A stretch of 41,293 nt of DNA, taken from Candidatus Heimdallarchaeota archaeon (lineage in GTDB: Archaea; Asgardarchaeota; Heimdallarchaeia; Heimdallarchaeales; Heimdallarchaeaceae). Shown here piece by piece: positions 16,971 through 27,683 of the stretch. The position numbers and the translations under genes are program-made. Every line of letters starts with the position of its first letter. Within the stretch, counting starts at the first letter, position 1. The notes under the pieces are model-generated. The model made no database searches. It was not told where the DNA came from and saw only the letters and a list, made by a program, of their open reading frames with translations. The stretch lies in assembly GCA_018238545.1 (NCBI GenBank), contig JABCTC010000030.1:1-41293 (forward strand), read 5' to 3'.

Positions 16971-18057
16971 AATATCTAAGATAGATTGTGCGGTTATACT
17001 AGCTGGAGGAAAAGGAACAAGACTAAAACCTTTGACTACTAACAAACCCAAACCGCTGGTTAAGGTAGCTCTAACACCGATGATTGATTTTGCTATTCGC
17101 CAAATAACTGAAACTGGAGTAAAGAAAATTGTTATAGCTGTTAAATACTTGGGAGAACAAATCCGTGATTATGTTACCGAAAAATATTCCAGTGAAGATT
17201 TAGAGATAATAATTCCTGATATGGAACCTGTTGGAACAGCTGATGCAGTTCGTTTAGTGTCAGATATCATCGAAGGAGATTTTATTGTTTCTATGGCTGA
17301 CATAGTTAGTAATTTGCCTTTACAAAAAATGACAGATTTCTTTTACTCCACTGATGCTTATGCAACTATCAGTCTCAAAAATATTGACTTCCCAACGAAA
17401 AAATTCGGCGTGATTCTTCTAGATGAGGAACAGAACATAGAAATCTTCTTAGAGAAACCAAAACCTGAAGAGATGCTATTTACAACTCTAGCTTTTGCAT
17501 ACAGACCTGTATCCGAATTTCATCAGAATTTAGTTAATACTGGTGTGTATATTTTCAAAAATAGAGTTTTAGAAATTCTGGAAAATTTCAAAGATATTAA
17601 TGATTTTGGACAAGATCTCTTCCCTTATCTCTTACAAGAAAAGTTCAAGATTAACGGTTATGTTGATGAGTATTATTGGATGGATTGCGGGAACATTCGA
17701 AGTTATCTCTGGGCTAATTGGGATATTCTTAGAGGCTTTGTGGAAGGAATTAGTCCTCCTGGAAACAAAGCTAATGGTATCTGGAAAGGAGAAAATGTTG
17801 ACATTTACCCGACAGCAAAAATAATTCCACCTGTTGTGTTTGGAAATAATATTATAGTGGAGGATAATGTGACAATTGGACCTTATTCTATAATTGATGA
17901 TAATGTCAATATTAGACCAAACTCAATAATAGATCATAGTGTTATCTGGAAATCTTCAGATATAGGGAGTGATTCATTTGTTGAAAAATCTGTTATATGT
18001 GATAATGTAAAAATTGAAAAAATGCGAAAGGTAATAAATTACTCTGCCATAGATTAG
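16960..18057 (+). CDS. sugar-phosphate nucleotidyltransferase (mannose-1-P guanylyltransferase/GlgC-like)
   Basis: LAGGKGTRLKPLT.NKPKPL, FLEKP, NTGVYIF, DFGQDLFP, YWMDCG, C-terminal hexapeptide beta-helix. Confidence 0.9.
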   Translation: MVDKISKIDCAVILAGGKGTRLKPLTTNKPKPLVKVALTPMIDFAIRQITETGVKKIVIAVKYLGEQIRDYVTEKYSSEDLEIIIPDMEPVGTADAVRLVSDIIEGDFIVSMADIVSNLPLQKMTDFFYSTDAYATISLKNIDFPTKKFGVILLDEEQNIEIFLEKPKPEEMLFTTLAFAYRPVSEFHQNLVNTGVYIFKNRVLEILENFKDINDFGQDLFPYLLQEKFKINGYVDEYYWMDCGNIRSYLWANWDILRGFVEGISPPGNKANGIWKGENVDIYPTAKIIPPVVFGNNIIVEDNVTIGPYSIIDDNVNIRPNSIIDHSVIWKSSDIGSDSFVEKSVICDNVKIEKMRKVINYSAID

Positions 18058-18076
18058 TTTACACTATAATCAACGA

Positions 18077-18772
18077 TTGATTCTTATGACCTTGAAAAAA
18101 CATCTACTATCTGCAACCATTATTGTTTCTGTATTAGTCACATCATTAATTCATCCTGCGCAAGGTGTTACTGCATCCATTCCTTTTACAAATATTAGTA
18201 TGGAAAATGATGATGTTCTAAATTATGAAGGAGTAAGAATAGTTATTTTCTTTAAACCAAATTGCCCTTCATGTCATAATCAAATTGAAACTCTACAGGA
18301 ATTAGAAAATAATTATACTCTCTCATTAATCGCTTTGGATGTTGATTCCGAACCAACAAATGCTACGTTGCTTGGTTTAATTGAAGATCTTTCTCTCTCA
18401 ACTAATTGGACATTGGGATATGCTTCTGTTCAAGCAATCTCGACTTTTGATTTAACAGTAGTCCCATCTCTAGTTATACTAGATAATAATTCAGAAATAG
18501 TTGCTGTAACAGAAGGTTATTTTGGTTATGGGTCGATTGAAACAAAAATCCTTGATGCTATCAATCATCGCACAGAAAATTACAGTGAAAATCCAATATC
18601 AGATTCGGGAGATTTGTTAACTGCTCTTTTTATAATTATAGGTGTAACTGTAGCAACAGTAGTAGTAATCTATCTATTCCGCATATTCAAGCGAAGTGAT
18701 AAGACTACTGATATTATTATAGCAAGCAAGAAATTGGAAAAAGAGGAAGAAGATAAAGCAGATGTGGATTAA
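18077..18772 (+). CDS. membrane-anchored thioredoxin-fold (TlpA-like) protein
   Basis: signal peptide, CPSC, VVPS cis-Pro loop, C-terminal TM. Confidence 0.8.
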   Translation: MILMTLKKHLLSATIIVSVLVTSLIHPAQGVTASIPFTNISMENDDVLNYEGVRIVIFFKPNCPSCHNQIETLQELENNYTLSLIALDVDSEPTNATLLGLIEDLSLSTNWTLGYASVQAISTFDLTVVPSLVILDNNSEIVAVTEGYFGYGSIETKILDAINHRTENYSENPISDSGDLLTALFIIIGVTVATVVVIYLFRIFKRSDKTTDIIIASKKLEKEEEDKADVD

Positions 18773-19644
18773 ACAGCTGTAGGTGTATGTCCACATTTTG
18801 GACATTTTGACTCTTCTGAATCTATTCTAATTCCACAGTTCTTGCAAAATAGCGATTTTTCTTGTTTCGCATAAAGGGTTTGATCTGTTAGAACTAATAC
18901 ATTTTCTTCTTTTTCTAACACTTTATCTCTTTTAGCACTTGCTAGTAAATACCCTATCTTTATTTTTCGGGCATCTTTCCATAATGCGATAATGAAACCT
19001 ATCGATACAACAGATGCTAGATACACCATAATCAGTGATGAATAATAAGTGAAAATTAATGTATATTCCATACTAAATACCAGAAAAATGAACCATAGAA
19101 GATATCTTATGGCTGGATTTAAACCAAATAAAGTATAGAATATAGAGCTCCCTGCTGCAGTATTCTTACTTCTTCCTATTGATGTGATTAATTGTTTTAT
19201 TAGTACCATAGAATAGAAATGAGCTATAATCATGAAAACGAATGGGGCAGTATTATCACTTTGGTGACTATACTGCAAATCAGCTTGAAGAATTAAAAGA
19301 ACATCGTATAGAACTGTGAAAAAAGCTGTAATTATTAACATGATGAATGCTAATCTAGCTTTACTTCTTGTATCATAATCTCTACTAGTATTTCTCCAAA
19401 CAAGGGCTTGAATTGCGATACAGATTAAAGCTAGAGCATAAATCGAAGTATCGATTATCATCCAAGGGATAAATATATCCCCCCTCACAGCTGGATTGCT
19501 ATAATCTAGGAAAAAATAAAATATTCTACTTATCATTTCACTTAGATAGTAACCTAAAATTGCAAATGTTGCTATTTTTATCCAAGTAAAATTAAATGCG
19601 GTGTATTCACCGTTCTTTACAGAATACTCAACTAAATCTGACAT
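18769..19644 (-). CDS. polytopic membrane protein with C-terminal zinc ribbon
   Basis: about 6 hydrophobic helices; CKNC...CPKC. Confidence 0.8.
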   Translation of the reverse strand: MSDLVEYSVKNGEYTAFNFTWIKIATFAILGYYLSEMISRIFYFFLDYSNPAVRGDIFIPWMIIDTSIYALALICIAIQALVWRNTSRDYDTRSKARLAFIMLIITAFFTVLYDVLLILQADLQYSHQSDNTAPFVFMIIAHFYSMVLIKQLITSIGRSKNTAAGSSIFYTLFGLNPAIRYLLWFIFLVFSMEYTLIFTYYSSLIMVYLASVVSIGFIIALWKDARKIKIGYLLASAKRDKVLEKEENVLVLTDQTLYAKQEKSLFCKNCGIRIDSEESKCPKCGHTPTAV

Positions 19645-19707
19645 TACAAAGCAACGAATGTTGAGATATTTATAATTTCTACTATACGAACTTTTTTTCT
19701 GAATCGG

Positions 19708-21189
19708 TTAATCCTTTACTGATTTCTTCTTATCATCCTTCTTTTTGAACGGAAGTTTTTTTGGTTCTGGTATAGTTGCAACATCAGTATGTTTCCCTAT
19801 TATAACTCCTCGAACCTTGGAAACTAAGGCTTTTGGTTTAGTTTCGATTGGCTCTATTTCGATATCCAGTGAAGAATCTGTTTCGATTGGCTCTATTTCG
19901 TTATCCAGTGAAGAATCTGTTTCGATTGGATCTATATCTGGTTCTATTGATGTTTTAGTCTCAATAATTTCCACTTTGGAGTCCATGGAAGCTTCTGTCT
20001 TTATTATAGAAATTTCAGGTTGCATTGAAGTATCAGAATCAAAAACTTTCACGTCTGTTTTAACTGCTTCTGCATCCTCTCCTAAGGGATCAACACCTTC
20101 ATCAAATCTTATCCCTTCTTCATATTGGAGCTGGATTCCTAGTTCGATTTTTTTCTTCAATTCGTCTTTATCTTTAATTTCCTCTACTTTCGAAACTAAA
20201 ACTGCTGATGTGGGCTTAATATCGGTGCTCAGCTGCAACAATCTTCCTACTAGTGGAATGAGTTTTTCGTATAATTTGATTGAGCCTTCTTTCCAGTATA
20301 AAGTATCACTCTCTGCTTCATAACCATAATTTAATCCTGAAACACAGTATTTCGATAAAACTTCCTTTGGCATCTGTTTAGTTAAATAGAGAGTCCCTCT
20401 TCGGGTATTATTAGTTAGTTTTAGCCCATAAATAAGCTTGACATGCTTATCATCTAAGTTAGAGAAGAAGCTCAAGAATGAGATGAGAGTTATAATAACG
20501 CTTACTGGTAAGATTACTTCCGGAAATAAGTTTTGCATTATTATTGCTAATGTGATAAAAGTTGCTCCTCCTAAGAACCCTACAAGCTTAAATACTATAA
20601 GCACTGGACTTTCCTTTACATATTTTTTCTTGCCAAACAGCGAGTAGAAAATCCAATAGTTTGCTGCGCGAGGGTTAATGAAAGGTTTAGAAGTCATACC
20701 TAAGAAATTGCTTCTTTCAATTTGCTTGATATCTTCTATCGCTCTGATTTGTGAATATTCTATGTGACTTGAGCTTAATAATTTCTTATTTTCATAAAAA
20801 CTGATTTTGAAATAATTTTTCCCTTGTTTAATATTGCTCTTGAAAACGATATCTCTAAACCAAACTTCTTTTGGATTAATGATTATTTTTTCAATTGAAA
20901 TCTTTTTATCATCTTTCTGTAGGTCACTAAACCAACCAACGAGAGAATAATAAACATGAATTGTCTTGGTTAAATCACCTGTGTTGGCAATGAATAATCT
21001 TACAATACCTCGCTTATTCTCTGGAACCTGTTCTACAATAGGAAACAATGCATAAGATAGATCTTCATGAGTTTCCATTTCCAAATTATCTAGTAGAGCT
21101 GAATCAATTTCTTCATTATGCGTGAACTTTGGAATCACATTTGAAGCAAAAACAGGATTATCAAAGATTTCATTGCTCATGACTATCAA
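19708..21189 (-). CDS. hypothetical 2-TM protein with acidic 11-aa repeats
   Basis: 493-aa ORF, central TM pair, IEPIETDSSLD repeats. Confidence 0.8.
   Translation of the reverse strand: MIVMSNEIFDNPVFASNVIPKFTHNEEIDSALLDNLEMETHEDLSYALFPIVEQVPENKRGIVRLFIANTGDLTKTIHVYYSLVGWFSDLQKDDKKISIEKIIINPKEVWFRDIVFKSNIKQGKNYFKISFYENKKLLSSSHIEYSQIRAIEDIKQIERSNFLGMTSKPFINPRAANYWIFYSLFGKKKYVKESPVLIVFKLVGFLGGATFITLAIIMQNLFPEVILPVSVIITLISFLSFFSNLDDKHVKLIYGLKLTNNTRRGTLYLTKQMPKEVLSKYCVSGLNYGYEAESDTLYWKEGSIKLYEKLIPLVGRLLQLSTDIKPTSAVLVSKVEEIKDKDELKKKIELGIQLQYEEGIRFDEGVDPLGEDAEAVKTDVKVFDSDTSMQPEISIIKTEASMDSKVEIIETKTSIEPDIDPIETDSSLDNEIEPIETDSSLDIEIEPIETKPKALVSKVRGVIIGKHTDVATIPEPKKLPFKKKDDKKKSVKD
19840..20040 (-). 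repeat. 33-bp coding tandem repeat ((I/N)EPIETDSSLD), decaying outward
   Basis: gtttcgattggctctatttcg...atccagtgaagaatct repeated. Confidence 0.8.
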
Positions 21190-21330
21190 GTTAAAAATAG
21201 TGTCTCCCTTTAAAAAATTAACTAGTTAAACACAAAAAATGGAATATTTTTCTCTGACAAATTACGAAAATATGTATTAGGACTTCACAAATCTTTAAGA
21301 ATATTTTTTGAATATGTTAGATAGATTATT

Positions 21331-23364
21331 TTGAAAGCTGAATCCTTCGAACTTCCAAATGAATTTTCTAAATATGAGATTCTTATACAAGAAGATTTCG
21401 AAAATTTTTATTCAGTTTATCGAAAATATCAGTATCAAAACAATACTTTTTTCCAGTCACTTGTCTATGCATGTGACGATTTAGCAAATTCTAACGCAAC
21501 CCCTGAGAAGTATAGACCAGCATATACAGAGATTTCGCTGTTAGGATACTTTCTGTTGTCTCAATACAAACAAGTATTGACATTTACTATTAGGAATAAT
21601 CGTTTTGAAACAAATTATTTCCGATTTAAAGCAGCAATCATAACTGGAGAAAGAGGTATAATCTCAGCCATTCTCGCAAATATCATGACTGCTTTGGTAG
21701 AGTTAAAGAAGAGCGATCCAGAGACACACAAGGTATTTTTTACAATCATGTCTTTAGAAATAGCAGCAATGGATTCAGATGTTGATTCTGTCAAAAAACA
21801 TTCTGTGAAAATTCGCGAGATGCTTTTTAATACAGTTTTGATCCAAGATTATCCTCTAGTAACTCTGCAAATAGTAAGTGATCTTGCTTATAGAGAATTC
21901 AGAACAGGAGATGAATCCTATGAAGGATGGTTGGAAATTTACAAAGAACTTGCAGAAGCTCTAAACATGGATACTAAACGATTAGATTGTTATACTATGC
22001 TAGGTGGATTGTATCGTTTCAAGGGTTTTCTAGATGAAGCTTCAGAGTACTATAGCAAAGCTTTCGAGATAGCAGAAAAGGTTGGAAATAGGGAATTTAA
22101 AGCATCTTTAATTTCCAACATGGCTGATTTAGAACATACTTTAGGTAATCTTGAAAAAGCCCTTTTGTTGTGTAATAATGCTTTGAAAGACCCTGAACTC
22201 TCTCAATCAAAACCAAATCTATACATCAATAAAGCTGAGATTCTCATTAAGCAAGAAAAATATTCTGAAGCAATTACCAATCTGAAAAAAGCAGAGAAGT
22301 TATCAAACAGATTAGCTCCAATAGTCAATATTCTTCAAGGTTATGCTCTCACTAGACTCCCTGGAAAGGAATATTTACATGAAGGTATGAAGTATTTGGA
22401 AAAGGGAGGACATCTTAGTGAACAATTAAAGAACCAACGCTGGCTTGCTACTTATTATTATTACATGGGAAGGACATATCTTGACATTTATGACCTTTCA
22501 TCAAGTATTAATGCTTTTGAGAAATGTTATGATTATGCAATTAGGAGTGAATTTCAATATGTTGTTCTTTCGCAATTGTTTTTAGCTGAATCTTACCTCC
22601 ATCGTTATAAGATTTCTCAATCTGATAATGACTTAACTTGTTCTGAGAGATATTTAGCAAATGTCATATCAATCTGTCAAGAACAAGAACTACCTATTCT
22701 TTCAGATGTGCTTTATCTTAAAGGGCAACTCCTCATAGCTCTTGGGGAATACGCTGATGCTTACTCAGTTTTCCGTCAAACAAAGGAGATAGCTCTAAAA
22801 AATGATAATTCTCTTCTAGCTATAAGCTGTGAGAAGAACATTGAGATGTTGGATTCCGATAGTCTCGACAAATCAACATTAATTACAACAGAGATAACAG
22901 AAGTAATTAAGATTCTTTCGAAGCAATCCTATGTGAAGAAAACCGAAAAATTACCGGATTTATACTTCCTGAACATTTTTACTGATGAGGGAACAAGTGT
23001 TTATTCCCATCTATTCAGAGATCAATCACCAATAAATGATGTTATACTATCTGCAATTCTTACAGCGGTAAAAACTATGTCAGATGAAGTGTTTGGGACA
23101 GGTCTACGGGGTATTGATTTCGAGGGTAAGACTTTGCTTGTTGAAGGGTTTGGAAATTTCGTAGGAGTCCTAGCATGTGAACGAGACAGTTTTAATGCTA
23201 GAACAAAATTGTTCAATTTCATGAAAAGATTTGATGAGAAATTTACTGAGCACACTTTAGTTCAAGTTAGTCAAGAAACTAAGGATGAGATAAATAAACA
23301 AGCAGATCTACTTGTAGAAATCATTTTCGAAAAATCACTCAAAGGAATCGTTACAGCTATCTGA
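21331..23364 (+). CDS. TPR-repeat protein with C-terminal longin-like domain
   Basis: TPR-like helices (LGGLYRFKGFLDEASEYYSKA); C-terminal LNIFTDEGTSVYS...ILSAILTAVKTMSDEVFG...IDFEGKTLL. Confidence 0.8.
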   Translation: MKAESFELPNEFSKYEILIQEDFENFYSVYRKYQYQNNTFFQSLVYACDDLANSNATPEKYRPAYTEISLLGYFLLSQYKQVLTFTIRNNRFETNYFRFKAAIITGERGIISAILANIMTALVELKKSDPETHKVFFTIMSLEIAAMDSDVDSVKKHSVKIREMLFNTVLIQDYPLVTLQIVSDLAYREFRTGDESYEGWLEIYKELAEALNMDTKRLDCYTMLGGLYRFKGFLDEASEYYSKAFEIAEKVGNREFKASLISNMADLEHTLGNLEKALLLCNNALKDPELSQSKPNLYINKAEILIKQEKYSEAITNLKKAEKLSNRLAPIVNILQGYALTRLPGKEYLHEGMKYLEKGGHLSEQLKNQRWLATYYYYMGRTYLDIYDLSSSINAFEKCYDYAIRSEFQYVVLSQLFLAESYLHRYKISQSDNDLTCSERYLANVISICQEQELPILSDVLYLKGQLLIALGEYADAYSVFRQTKEIALKNDNSLLAISCEKNIEMLDSDSLDKSTLITTEITEVIKILSKQSYVKKTEKLPDLYFLNIFTDEGTSVYSHLFRDQSPINDVILSAILTAVKTMSDEVFGTGLRGIDFEGKTLLVEGFGNFVGVLACERDSFNARTKLFNFMKRFDEKFTEHTLVQVSQETKDEINKQADLLVEIIFEKSLKGIVTAI

Positions 23365-23430
23365 ATATCAATCTACAGCACTTTTTGCACAAGGAAATCT
23401 TTATGATTTAGGTTTATCACTTACATCTCA

Positions 23431-24612
23431 ATGAATGAAAAAAACTCCTCATTAACGCATTTGAAGTGCACAAAATGTGAAAAAAAATACGATTCGACAG
23501 AATTGCACAAATTATGCTCGTGTGGAAAAGTGCTCTTTGCTGAATATGATATTGAAAAAGCTAAAGAAACTGTTAGTTTTGCTAGTATTACAAATAGAAG
23601 ATATGATATTTGGCGATTCCACGAAATTATGCCCGTTTTAGAAGATAAGAATCGTTTTACTTTAGGCGAAGGTTGGACACCTTTGGTGAAACTTCCTAAC
23701 TTAGGAGAGAAGTTGGAATTGAATAATCTTTATGTTAAAGATGAGGGGCTTAATCCTACCGGATCTTTCAAGAGTAGAGGACTTTGTGCTGCTGTTTCAA
23801 AAGCTTATGAGCTCGGAGTTAGAGAATTTGTTATTCCAACTGCAGGTAATGCTGGTGCTGCTCTTGCAGCTTATGCAGCAAGAACACAAACTAAAGCACA
23901 CGTGTATATGCCAAAAGATACACCTGAATTTATAGTTACAGAGATAAGAGCATTAGGCGCAAATATGCATTTAGTAGATGGTTTGATTACAGATGCAGGA
24001 AAAATAGCTAAAGAAGAAGCTGCTAAACAACAATGGTTTGATGTTTCAACATTGAAAGAACCATATAGAGCAGAAGGAAAGAAAACTATGGGATTAGAAT
24101 TAGCTGAGCAGTTTAATTGGGAATTACCAGATGTAATAATTTATCCAACGGGAGGTGGAACGGGCATTATAGGTATGTGGAAAGCTTTTGACGAGCTTGA
24201 GGAACTAGGTTTAATTGATTCAAAAAGACCAAAGATGATAACTGTACAATCAACTGGTTGCGCTCCAATAGTCAAAGCTTTTCATGAAGGTAAAGACTAT
24301 GCTGAATTCTGGGAAGACGCTGAAACAATTGCAGCTGGGTTGCGCGTTCCTGCAGCTGTAGCTGATTATTTGATTCTGAAAATATTACGAGAATCAAGGG
24401 GTACAGCTGTATCTGTCGATGATTTAACGATTAAGATATCTATGTTCCAGCTAGCAAGAGAAGAAGGGATGATGTTATCTCCTGAAGCTGCAGCAACTAT
24501 AGCGTCTTTAGATTTGCTTATCGAGAAAGGAGAAATCCAGTCAGATGAAAATATAGTGGTTTTTGGTACTGGTTCAGGTTTCACAACACCTGAAGTATGG
24601 GAAAAAGAATAA
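23431..24612 (+). CDS. thrC: threonine synthase (PLP-dependent)
   Basis: LGEGWTPL, NPTGSFKSRG, TAGNAG, EGKKTMGLE, PTGGG. Confidence 0.92.
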   Translation: MNEKNSSLTHLKCTKCEKKYDSTELHKLCSCGKVLFAEYDIEKAKETVSFASITNRRYDIWRFHEIMPVLEDKNRFTLGEGWTPLVKLPNLGEKLELNNLYVKDEGLNPTGSFKSRGLCAAVSKAYELGVREFVIPTAGNAGAALAAYAARTQTKAHVYMPKDTPEFIVTEIRALGANMHLVDGLITDAGKIAKEEAAKQQWFDVSTLKEPYRAEGKKTMGLELAEQFNWELPDVIIYPTGGGTGIIGMWKAFDELEELGLIDSKRPKMITVQSTGCAPIVKAFHEGKDYAEFWEDAETIAAGLRVPAAVADYLILKILRESRGTAVSVDDLTIKISMFQLAREEGMMLSPEAAATIASLDLLIEKGEIQSDENIVVFGTGSGFTTPEVWEKE

Positions 24613-24621
24613 TGTAAGAAA

Positions 24622-25569
24622 TCAAATCTTGGGCATGATTTCTTCTTGGAACATTTTCATTTGTTCTATTTCCATATTTTGTGGGAACATAAAAATATAA
24701 TTCTCAATCCCATATTTCTTGTAAGCTTTTAACCATTCTATTATTTCTTCAATTGTACCATGCATAGAACCTTCGTATCTTTTAATTAATTGTTCAAGAG
24801 TGATGCTTCTTTTTTCTGCTATCTCTTTCCAGGTCTTTTGCTTTTCCTCTTTACTTCTGTATATACGTGTCCAGATACCATATGAGCGGAGTAGGGATTT
24901 AGGTTTTCTATCATATTTTTCGCATAGTATATCAAGTTCTTCCATTTTTTCTTTGAAAACTTCTTGTGTATAAGCCCAAGCTAAGTTTATTCCGTCAGCG
25001 TATTTTGCTGCGATGTTTAGCATCTTTGGTTTTGCATACATTGTACCTACCCAAATTGGAGGATAAGGTTTCTGTAATGGTTTTGGAAAAGAAACAGCAT
25101 CTTTCAATTCATAATATTCTCCCTTGAAATTCGCTACTTCTTCAGTCCAAAGCTTCTTGATAACTTGCATACCTTCAACAAGTTGTTTCAACCTAACACC
25201 TGCACTTGGAAAAGGAATCCCATAAGCATTATACTCTACTTCTTTCCATCCTGCTCCATAGCCAAAATCAATTCGTCCTTTAGAATAATGATCTAATGAA
25301 GCTATTTGTTTTGCTAGAACAGCTGGATACCTATAGGAATTACAATATACTAACGATCCCAGCCTAAGCTTCGTTGTATGTGAAGCAGCTGCCATCATTG
25401 AAGTGAAGCATTCATATGCATTCACGTCTTTCGATTCCCCAGTTAACATGAAATGATCTGAGAACCACGCATGAGTAAAATCATGTATCTCAGCAGCTTG
25501 GACAATTTTTTGAATTTCTTCAAAATTATACCCAAATTGCGGTTCTATTTGAACTCCATAATAAGTCAT
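24622..25569 (-). CDS. LLM-class (probably F420-dependent) oxidoreductase
   Basis: WFSDHF, RYPAVLAKQIASLD..SKGR..G.GAGW...EY.AYG, PKPLQKPYPPIWVG. Confidence 0.9.
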   Translation of the reverse strand: MTYYGVQIEPQFGYNFEEIQKIVQAAEIHDFTHAWFSDHFMLTGESKDVNAYECFTSMMAAASHTTKLRLGSLVYCNSYRYPAVLAKQIASLDHYSKGRIDFGYGAGWKEVEYNAYGIPFPSAGVRLKQLVEGMQVIKKLWTEEVANFKGEYYELKDAVSFPKPLQKPYPPIWVGTMYAKPKMLNIAAKYADGINLAWAYTQEVFKEKMEELDILCEKYDRKPKSLLRSYGIWTRIYRSKEEKQKTWKEIAEKRSITLEQLIKRYEGSMHGTIEEIIEWLKAYKKYGIENYIFMFPQNMEIEQMKMFQEEIMPKI

Positions 25570-25667
25570 ATCTTCATCAAAAATCCCAATTTAATAAATA
25601 TTCTCCAAAATGTCCCTTTTTAAATTAAATAAGCAATAATTAAATATAAGTTCTGTTCAACTTATAA

Positions 25668-26087
25668 TTGATGTCTATTATTCAAATGCTAGATGATCTT
25701 GAAACTGGTAACTTTCTATTGTTATCTCTGTCATTCGTTATTTTGTTTGTTTCAGGTTTTGTAATAGGAATTGTACGAGACTATCCGTGGATGATTTACT
25801 TAGCAAGTGTTGTTGCTGGTATCTATGTTGTGTTTGCCATAATGTATTCCATTGTAAATTGGAAAGAATGGCGCAAAGAAAAAGAGATTCTAGCAGAGCT
25901 TCCTAGCTTTCCACAAAAAGATTATTGCGATATCTGTGGAAAAGAGCTTGAAGAGGGAGAAAAGAAGACTGATGGGGAGTTTCTAACAATAATTTGCCCT
26001 CATTGTGAAGCAGAAAATATCGTCTCAAATGAAGAAAAGATACAAGAAGTTGAGAAAAAGGCAGAAGTTGAAGAAGAAGGTCAATAA
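25668..26087 (+). CDS. membrane protein with zinc finger
   Basis: two TMs; CDIC...CPHC. Confidence 0.7.
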   Translation: MMSIIQMLDDLETGNFLLLSLSFVILFVSGFVIGIVRDYPWMIYLASVVAGIYVVFAIMYSIVNWKEWRKEKEILAELPSFPQKDYCDICGKELEEGEKKTDGEFLTIICPHCEAENIVSNEEKIQEVEKKAEVEEEGQ

Positions 26088-26179
26088 CTAACACTTTTTT
26101 ACCATACATTATTACATAACAATTTCACATGAAATTATGTTTTAGTGGAAATAGGTTAACAAAGGGTTAAATATTTAAA

Positions 26180-27139
26180 TTGCCAAAAGTACATTGGAAG
26201 GAGATTATGGAAAGTTTTGCTATTTTAGTGATAATATTCAGTGTTATTGTAATTTTCATACTTGTTGGAATAGCAAGATCTGTTAGAAAAAAAGAAAAAT
26301 ATACCAAAAACATCAAATCTAGAATCAGCGAAATTACTCCCAAAAGCGATCCTACTAGATATAAGGGAAAATCTAAGATACTGGAATGGTTAAAAAGTGA
26401 GATAATGGAGAATAATGCGAATGTGCTTCGATTATCAAAAGGGTATCAAATAAAAATTCCAAGAGGACATAAATATGATCTTTTCTCTGCAATAAAAATT
26501 ACACAAGAAAGTAAAAAAACTATCAAAATCGTTGGTATTTTAACGAAAGTTATTCCTTCCTATCTAGATATTAGAAACTCAAAAATCCTTTATGGTTCTA
26601 CAAAAGACTCTTTCTCTGTTTTTGATTTAGACCGTGATTTCAAGCTTTATTCTACAGCCCCTGACATGTGGAGAGAGATATTTACAAATTCTGAAATAAT
26701 AAATCTACTTCAAAATAATTCTTTACACATCCAACATTACTATCTAAGGGGGGAATATATGGAAGCTTTAATTAGTCATAACCAAGTGGGTCTTGGTACT
26801 ACAATTCTATCATTGACAATATTAATACATGAAGAATTGAAAAAACTTTTTGGGATTTTAGATTCGACTGAAATTGAAAAACTTGTCTGTTATAATTGCC
26901 AAGATCCCTTTGATCCTTTGGAAGAAGTATGTGACAAATGTGGTTCTTCACGTCCTAGATGCATTGTGTGTTTATTAGATTTGTATCCCTCTGATATTGA
27001 ACGGGATGTTGTAACTACTCCATGTTGTGGAGTTTATGCACACAAAGATCACATTATAACATGGTTAAAACAAGACCCACGTTGTCCTAACTGTCATAAG
27101 AATATAAGCCACTGGTTAGGTCAACTGCAAATTTCTTGA
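26180..27139 (+). CDS. membrane-anchored RING-finger protein (putative E3-like)
   Basis: N-terminal TM; CYNC..CDKC ribbon; CIVC...PCCGVYAH..H...WL...CPNC. Confidence 0.75.
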   Translation: MPKVHWKEIMESFAILVIIFSVIVIFILVGIARSVRKKEKYTKNIKSRISEITPKSDPTRYKGKSKILEWLKSEIMENNANVLRLSKGYQIKIPRGHKYDLFSAIKITQESKKTIKIVGILTKVIPSYLDIRNSKILYGSTKDSFSVFDLDRDFKLYSTAPDMWREIFTNSEIINLLQNNSLHIQHYYLRGEYMEALISHNQVGLGTTILSLTILIHEELKKLFGILDSTEIEKLVCYNCQDPFDPLEEVCDKCGSSRPRCIVCLLDLYPSDIERDVVTTPCCGVYAHKDHIITWLKQDPRCPNCHKNISHWLGQLQIS

Positions 27140-27185
27140 ATAATCAAAATATTATCCTAAAACAGGAAGAAGAAAAGATTCTTTG

Positions 27186-27542
27186 TTAGAGATAGGGAAT
27201 AACACACAGAAAGGATACAGTTGTATCTCCTTTATTTTTATACCCATGAACTTCATCAGGTGGGACGTACAAAACATCATTAGCTTTTGCAGTGTAAATC
27301 TCAGTCTCCGTGATGACTTCTATTTCTCCTTTTAGAATATATATCTCATGTTCTTGTTTGTGGTTATGCATACCAATTTGACCACCAGGTTGCACCTCAA
27401 ATCTTCTGAGAGCAAAATTTGGTGCACCATCCTTCTCCTTTGTTACTAACCATCTTATTGTTGTTCCTGTGGAACCATAATCTTCTACATCAAGTTCTTC
27501 AACATCTGTGAAATGCAATTTTTTCATCTTCTTCAACCTCAA
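27186..27542 (-). CDS. cupin domain protein
   Basis: PGGQIGMHNHKQEHEIYILKG...VPPDEVHG. Confidence 0.9.
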   Translation of the reverse strand: MRLKKMKKLHFTDVEELDVEDYGSTGTTIRWLVTKEKDGAPNFALRRFEVQPGGQIGMHNHKQEHEIYILKGEIEVITETEIYTAKANDVLYVPPDEVHGYKNKGDTTVSFLCVIPYL

Positions 27543-27683
27543 TAATATTACTTTCTAAAACAATCTAATAAGTTAATTTGATAAATATTTTCTTTCTCCG
27601 TTTTATATCTAACAAGTCATTGTTATTGCAAAATCCTTATTTACAATTCTGATAAAGTTTTATTAACAAACGGAGCTTTACAA

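Noticed and set aside
19840-19940. 33-bp repeats as CRISPR
   Set aside because: They are contiguous coding repeats without spacers.
19745-20323. 192-aa Ser-rich plus-strand ORF
   Set aside because: It is an antisense shadow of the repeat region of 19708..21189.
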